From a virus (Duplodnaviria; Caudoviricetes): 37,918 bases of DNA. Location of the stretch: positions 1-37,918 of the IMG/VR virus record IMGVR_UViG_3300017777_003696; one strand, written 5' to 3'. Shown piece by piece: positions 33,706 through 37,918 of the stretch; positions within the stretch are counted from its first letter, which is position 1, and each line of letters begins with the position of its first letter. The notes below the pieces were generated by a model. It ran no database searches. It saw only the letters and a program-made list of their open reading frames with translations, and was not told where the DNA came from. Both the position numbers and the translations under genes were made by a program.

Positions 33706-34299
33706 TCACTTCTTCTTCTTGGGCTTCTTCGGTTTCTTGTCGGTGGACGCGGGCGGCGTTCCGCCTTCCCCGTCCGTGCCGGCTGCGGGCGCCTCGAACT
33801 TCAGGGTGTCGCCACCCTTTGGCTCGGCGCCTTCGCTTTTCCCGTCATCGAGCGGAAGAAGGCGCTGCTGACGTTCGCCGTTCGCATATGCCTCCGTCGC
33901 TTCGACCATTTCGCCAAGAAGTTCGGCGTGCTTCTTCGAACACTGCCGGCGCTGTCCGTCTTCGCCTTCAGCGGCATCGTCAAACTGGAACAGGGGCGTC
34001 GTCATCCGATGGGCGCCACCTGTCGCGTCGAGTTCCTTGCTGAAGACGATGGACGCGGAGCGCGTCCCTTTCTTCGTGTAGGAAAACGACACGGCCAGGA
34101 TGATGATGCCCTTCTGGTAGGCTTGGCCCAGTTCCAGGATGTTCACCACAACGTCCGCCAGGGACTGAAGGGTGGTGTCGAATTTCTTCAGCGGCGCTTC
34201 GTGCGCCCTGATCTTGCGTTCTTCGACGGCTTGGTGGCCCTGGACTTCATGGTGGAATTCCACGGCCGATTCTTCGCGTATGACTTTGGTGACTTTCAT
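33706..34299 (-). CDS. Hypothetical protein
   Basis: In-frame ATG at 34299 (MKVTKV...), downstream of the nuclease stop. Lys-rich tail. Confidence 0.75.
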   Translation of the reverse strand: MKVTKVIREESAVEFHHEVQGHQAVEERKIRAHEAPLKKFDTTLQSLADVVVNILELGQAYQKGIIILAVSFSYTKKGTRSASIVFSKELDATGGAHRMTTPLFQFDDAAEGEDGQRRQCSKKHAELLGEMVEATEAYANGERQQRLLPLDDGKSEGAEPKGGDTLKFEAPAAGTDGEGGTPPASTDKKPKKPKKKK

Positions 34300-34340
34300 G
34301 AGTTGATCTGCGGTTTCGAGTTCCGGCGTGATACCGGAAA

Positions 34341-35297
34341 TTAGTAGGGGCGAGACGCGTAGCTGGCGCCGGACTCGCGGATGGCGGGCGGCGGCGGCAC
34401 GTCCGCCGTGATGCCGATGCCACGCTGGGGACGCGGATCGTAACCCTTCAGGAAGCGCCAGATCGCGGCCATGTGTGTGAACGCCTCGTAAGCGGCGGCG
34501 ACTTCCTCGCTGGAATACCACACGCCTTCAATCCGGCCCGGCTCCGTCGTGCTGATAAACAGATTGAAACCGGCGACGAAATCGCCGGGACGCGGCACGA
34601 TGGAATAGTGTCCGCCGTGATACGCTCCGATCTGCATTAGCTGGGTGTCGTATGCCTTCACTGGCCGGCCCGGCTTCGTCTTTCGGGTTTTCCAGTCGCC
34701 GAATCCGATCCCACGTTTGCACGTCATGGGAAGGTCTCCCGTGCCGGCGTATCCGTGAACCAGGTTCACCACTTTGACTTCGTGGCCGGTGGGGTGGATG
34801 TCGTGTTCACGCACGAACGAGCGGATCGGTTCGATGAACGTCTTCATCGGGAACCGCTCCTTCAGCTCGGGAAGAAACACCTGTTCGTCTTCGTTGTAGA
34901 GATCGCCGGACAGAACAAGCTCGGCGGCGCGGTGGATTAGTTTGCCGGCGTCCGCTGCGTCTTCCACCTGCTGGAAGGCGCGTTCACATATGTCGGCGTG
35001 AAGCTCGTCAAACGCGCGATGCGCGATGTCGAGCACGGCCACGGCGATGTCCGCGTGTTCGCGACCATTCGCGATCACTCCGATGCGGCGGTGGAATTCG
35101 CTCGTGACCTGTTCCATTTTCCAGTCCGTCAGTTGCGGCTTGTCCAGGATGTCCAGGATAGTCGTGACGGATGGGAGAAGGCCCAGCTTGCGCGCGTCCG
35201 TCAGGGACGTGGCACGCGATTCGCCGGGCTTCGATTTGTTGGGGACGGTGTGGCACGAAGTGCCATCCGGCCGATACCAGTGCGCTGATTTTTTCAA
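34341..35297 (-). CDS. PD-(D/E)XK exonuclease (phage recombination nuclease)
   Basis: HWY, LPSVTTIL, KP.L..W, G..IH, YAGT.DL, DWKT and Q.GAY motifs. TTG start. Confidence 0.88.
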   Translation of the reverse strand: MKKSAHWYRPDGTSCHTVPNKSKPGESRATSLTDARKLGLLPSVTTILDILDKPQLTDWKMEQVTSEFHRRIGVIANGREHADIAVAVLDIAHRAFDELHADICERAFQQVEDAADAGKLIHRAAELVLSGDLYNEDEQVFLPELKERFPMKTFIEPIRSFVREHDIHPTGHEVKVVNLVHGYAGTGDLPMTCKRGIGFGDWKTRKTKPGRPVKAYDTQLMQIGAYHGGHYSIVPRPGDFVAGFNLFISTTEPGRIEGVWYSSEEVAAAYEAFTHMAAIWRFLKGYDPRPQRGIGITADVPPPPAIRESGASYASRPY

Positions 35298-35341
35298 GGT
35301 GATGAGTTGGGTGGATGTCGATGGTTACGGGATGGTGGCGA

Positions 35342-36082
35342 TCAGAACGGAACGTCTTCGTCCACGTTGCCGGCGCCGGGCGTGCCCTGGTTCGCGGCCT
35401 TCTTCTCGGCTTCCTCCTTCGCCTTGCGGTCGGCTTCGGCCTTCTCGGCGGCGGCTTTCTCTTCAGCTTCCCGCTTGGCCTTGTCCTGGGGGTCTTCGTT
35501 GCGGACCTTCGCCGTATCCGCCAGCTTGCCGGTGTTCAACAGCCGGGAAATGCGAAGGATGTCGCTGGCCGTGGTGAACAGGTCGCGCGAGAACGCTTGC
35601 GATTGGAAGTAATCGAGCGGCGCCTGTTCGTTGGCTTCGAACGCGGACTTGATCAACTGACAGGCGTTCGTGATGGCGTTGCCGATGGCCTGGCCTTCGG
35701 CGCCCTGGATGCCGGCTGACTTCTGCGCGGCGGCGGGCGTTGCGGCCTGGCCCGGCTTGGCATCGCCGACGATCTGAATCGTGGCCTTGTCGCCGATGGT
35801 GATCTGCTGGGTGCCCTTGTATTCGGTTCGGCTGATGCCTTTTCCGGAGACGTGGACAACCTTGCCGGCGTAGCGCGACGGGTCGGTTCCGAAGAAGTTT
35901 CCGAGGATGCAGATCCCGGAGCTGTGCGGGTCGGTGAGGATGGCGGTGTTCGGCGCTTTGCCCTGGCCGCGTTTCGGGTCGGACAGGACGCATTCGAAAT
36001 CGTCGTTGATCCAGACTGCGTTTTGGCGGTCGCCGGGAGACATTTCCAGGATTTCGCCGATGGTGATCAGTTTCGTAGGCAT
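35342..36082 (-). CDS. Single-stranded DNA-binding protein (OB-fold, putative)
   Basis: OB-like beta pattern (GKVVHVSG...EYKG..QITI) and SSB-type acidic tail VDEDVPF. Adjacent to the exonuclease. Confidence 0.75.
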   Translation of the reverse strand: MPTKLITIGEILEMSPGDRQNAVWINDDFECVLSDPKRGQGKAPNTAILTDPHSSGICILGNFFGTDPSRYAGKVVHVSGKGISRTEYKGTQQITIGDKATIQIVGDAKPGQAATPAAAQKSAGIQGAEGQAIGNAITNACQLIKSAFEANEQAPLDYFQSQAFSRDLFTTASDILRISRLLNTGKLADTAKVRNEDPQDKAKREAEEKAAAEKAEADRKAKEEAEKKAANQGTPGAGNVDEDVPF

Positions 36083-36125
36083 ATTACTTTCGTATTGATG
36101 TTTTTAGTGCAGGGGACAGTTGTAG

Positions 36126-36217
36126 CGGCTGGCGTCAGTGAGAATCCGGAGTGGGAAACCACTTCGGCCAATCGTGGAAGCGGATCAGCTCTTCGGAGCG
36201 GTCCGCTTCTTCGTTTT
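36126..36217 (+). ncRNA. Candidate antisense small RNA opposite the early operon
   Basis: CCGGAGTGG-GAAA-CCACTTCGG (36146-36167) is followed by a UUCG-capped terminator. The G-U pairs and tetraloops work only on the + strand. TTGATG at 36095-36100 is a possible -35. The 5' part matches 780-794. Confidence 0.55.
36177..36217 (+). terminator. Intrinsic terminator on the strand opposite the surrounding genes
   Basis: GAAGCGGATC-A-GCTC-TTCG-GAGC-GGTCCGCTTC (14 bp, C(UUCG)G loop), followed by TTCGTTTT. Confidence 0.7.
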
Positions 36218-36463
36218 CGGAACTAACGGGAACGGTGTCCGGGTCTTCGTCTGCTTCACGAAGGTTTCCGTCACCGGATCGAAGCCGGCCTGATGCGCGA
36301 ACTTCACAAGGCGGTCGATGGCGACGCCGTAGGACGTGCCACGGCTCTGCCAGGTCTTCAGGTCCGCCATGGTGTGCGAGTCGATGAACGGACCGCCACA
36401 GAGGCGAACGCGGGGCAAGTCGCCGATCATGTTGCCGTGTTTGGGCTGGATGGGTTCAGGCAT
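36185..36463 (-). CDS. Small hypothetical protein, possibly ribbon-helix-helix DNA-binding
   Basis: Start at 36463 or 36478. TMADLKTWQSRGTSYGVAIDRLV resembles the helix-G-x-S-helix of RHH proteins. Weak assignment. Confidence 0.55.
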   Translation of the reverse strand: MPEPIQPKHGNMIGDLPRVRLCGGPFIDSHTMADLKTWQSRGTSYGVAIDRLVKFAHQAGFDPVTETFVKQTKTRTPFPLVPKTKKRTAPKS

Positions 36464-36677
36464 CGGGTTGGGTGGCATTGTGCTCCGCTGCCTCTTGCGG
36501 GGTCGGCAGGTAACGGCGGTGCATTTGGGACAGGACGCCTTCCAGCGTCGTGACGGTGGCGGCGAACACCTTCTTCTCGGCGTCGAGAGTCAGGCATTCG
36601 GGCGTGGTTCCTTGGAACGTCTCGGCGGGGCTTCCCTCGCGTTCGACGGATACGGTGACGGTGATCTTAGTTTTCAT
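36456..36677 (-). CDS. Hypothetical protein
   Basis: ATGA overlap with the upstream gene. Confidence 0.7.
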   Translation of the reverse strand: MKTKITVTVSVEREGSPAETFQGTTPECLTLDAEKKVFAATVTTLEGVLSQMHRRYLPTPQEAAEHNATQPDA

Positions 36678-36943
36678 TCGGCAAATTTGCGTGCGGCGTG
36701 GCCCAGCTTCTCAGGGAGAACGCCAGCCATGCCGGCGAGCATGGAAACGGCGCCGGCCTTTACGGTGGCATAAAGATTGCCGGACTCGTTGGGCGCGGTG
36801 AAGGAATCGTTCAGCGACACGACGCGGCGCATCTCGAATTCTTCGACGTGAAGCGGCACGCCTTCAGGCGGCAACGCTTCGGTGATGCCTTCGCCGACGT
36901 GGACGAAGGCCGTCACGATGATTTCGATTCGGACGTTTTTCAT
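36674..36943 (-). CDS. Hypothetical protein
   Basis: Starts 3 nt after the upstream stop; operon packing. Confidence 0.7.
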   Translation of the reverse strand: MKNVRIEIIVTAFVHVGEGITEALPPEGVPLHVEEFEMRRVVSLNDSFTAPNESGNLYATVKAGAVSMLAGMAGVLPEKLGHAARKFAE

Positions 36944-36946
36944 GGT

Positions 36947-37825
36947 TCAGCGGACGACGGTTTTGGCTTCGCGCCAGTGGCGGACGCCAGGGAGGGACTT
37001 GCCTTCGGCCATCGTCTTCAGCGCGGCCTTGATCGCGGCGTTGTTCGGCGACAGAAGCACGAACATCGGGTGGGCTTCGCGAAGGGCTTCGATGTCCGTC
37101 ACCTCGAACTTCAGTTCAGAGCCAACGGCGACGCCTTCGATCTTCTTGGCGACAGGGACGACGGCGCTGGCTGCTTTGGCGGACGCGTCGGCGGCGTCCT
37201 GGCGGCGTTTTTCTGCCTCCTGGCGCTCGCGGTCTTCGCGTTCGATGCGTTCACGCTCGGCGCGTTCCTGGGCTTCCTTCAGCTCTTGCTCGCGCTTGGC
37301 GCGGCCTTCCTCGGAACAGACACGATCAGCGGCGGCGCGTAGCTTGTCCTGCTCTTCGCGCGCTTTGCGCTGGCGCTCGCGCTCTTTGGCTTCGGCCTTC
37401 TCGCGTGCTTCACGCTCTTTCCGTTCGGCGTCGAGACGGATGCGTTCCTGTTCCTGCCACGCCAGGCGCCGGGCTTCCTCTTCCTTGCGCTTCTGTTCGG
37501 CCTGGAAGGATGCCAGGAGTCCGCCGATCCGCTTCGCCTCGGCTTCCAGGTCGGCGGTGAGAGTGCGCGCGATGGAATCGATCTTCCGGCCGGCGTCCAG
37601 GATAGGCGCCTTCACGGCGTTGCGCGTCTCTTCGATGGTGCGCGTGAAGTTCGCCAGGTCTTTCAGGAACGTGGCGGCACGCTGGGCTTGGTCCGGGGAC
37701 GTGATCGCTGTGCCCTTGCGGGCAAGCGTCAGAAGGTGATCGCGGCGGGCCAGGGCTTCAGCCTGGGCGCTGATCTTGTCCAGCTCGAAGGCCGGCGCGA
37801 CGATTTCGAGGACGGTGGTTTCCAT
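36947..37825 (-). CDS. Coiled-coil phage protein (Gp157/Gam-like architecture)
   Basis: IEETR..VKAPILDAGRKID, a long E/R/K/A coiled coil, and C-terminal FEVTD...IKAAL...LPGVR. Confidence 0.8.
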   Translation of the reverse strand: METTVLEIVAPAFELDKISAQAEALARRDHLLTLARKGTAITSPDQAQRAATFLKDLANFTRTIEETRNAVKAPILDAGRKIDSIARTLTADLEAEAKRIGGLLASFQAEQKRKEEEARRLAWQEQERIRLDAERKEREAREKAEAKERERQRKAREEQDKLRAAADRVCSEEGRAKREQELKEAQERAERERIEREDRERQEAEKRRQDAADASAKAASAVVPVAKKIEGVAVGSELKFEVTDIEALREAHPMFVLLSPNNAAIKAALKTMAEGKSLPGVRHWREAKTVVR

Positions 37826-37827
37826 GG

Positions 37828-37918
37828 TTAGGAAGCTTCTCCGTCGCTGGCCGGCGTGACGAAATAATGGCGGTATTTTTTCGCGGCGGCAGCCCTGGCG
37901 GCAGCCCTGGCGGCAGCC
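37828..37918 (-). CDS. 3' part of the junction-spanning Imm5-like/Ala-repeat protein
   Basis: Reads AAARAAARAAA-AKKYRHYFVTPASDGEAS-stop (TAA at 37830-37828). In frame with 1..378 after merging the 34-nt overlap. The stop lies 2 nt before the next ATG. Confidence 0.8.
   Translation of the reverse strand, partial: AAARAAARAAAAKKYRHYFVTPASDGEAS
37885..37918. repeat. Right copy of 34-nt terminal overlap
   Basis: Identical to 1-34. Confidence 0.97.

Larger units (their letters stand above)
1..37918. mobile_element. Apparently complete circular contig of a podovirus-like tailed phage (T7/BPP-1-like virion gene order)
   Basis: Terminase, portal, scaffold, capsid, tail tube/nozzle, internal virion, tailspike and replication genes lie in two divergent arms. 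The ends are identical and an ORF continues across them. No host housekeeping genes. Confidence 0.93.

Noticed and set aside
34341-35297. Cas4 or a CRISPR-related module
   Set aside because: No Fe-S cysteine cluster, no repeat-spacer array and no other cas genes. The context next to SSB fits a recombination exonuclease.
37885-37918. Biological direct terminal repeat or att site
   Set aside because: The 34-mer lies inside a coding tandem repeat and the ORF reads through it. It is best explained as an assembly overlap.

Overview
The window looks like a near-complete, circularly assembled GC-rich podovirus-type phage genome. Bases 1-34 and 37885-37918 are identical, and one gene reads across the junction. 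Two arms diverge from a control region at about 751-1560. The rightward arm (1577-27771) carries three accessory virion-like genes, terS, two glycan-modification-like genes, terL, a T7/BPP-1-like portal, scaffold, capsid, tail tube/nozzle and internal virion proteins, an Mtd_N beta-helix tailspike, and an odd lysis-position cassette. The leftward arm (750 to 1, then 37918 to 27728) carries an Imm5-like repeat protein, a coiled-coil protein, SSB, a PD-(D/E)XK nuclease, a T7-gp4-like primase-helicase, a PIF1/RecD-like helicase, an N6-adenine methyltransferase and two HNH proteins. I recognise no integrase, CI-type repressor, DNA or RNA polymerase, endolysin, tRNA, CRISPR array or reverse transcriptase. 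There are three main signals. (1) A candidate ~90-nt antisense small RNA at about 36126-36217 (+) has GAAA- and UUCG-capped stems and its own terminator; its unpaired segments are complementary to a hairpin loop and the translation start of the early-operon leader (751-816). (2) A ~520-nt densely structured non-coding RNA or leader (1042-1560) precedes the late operon, and a short terminated transcript upstream of it is complementary to its first loop. (3) The lysis-position cassette has a SipW-like lipoprotein peptidase, a u-spanin-like protein and a holin-like protein, but no visible endolysin. All family calls and base pairings were made by eye; no searches or folding programs were run.
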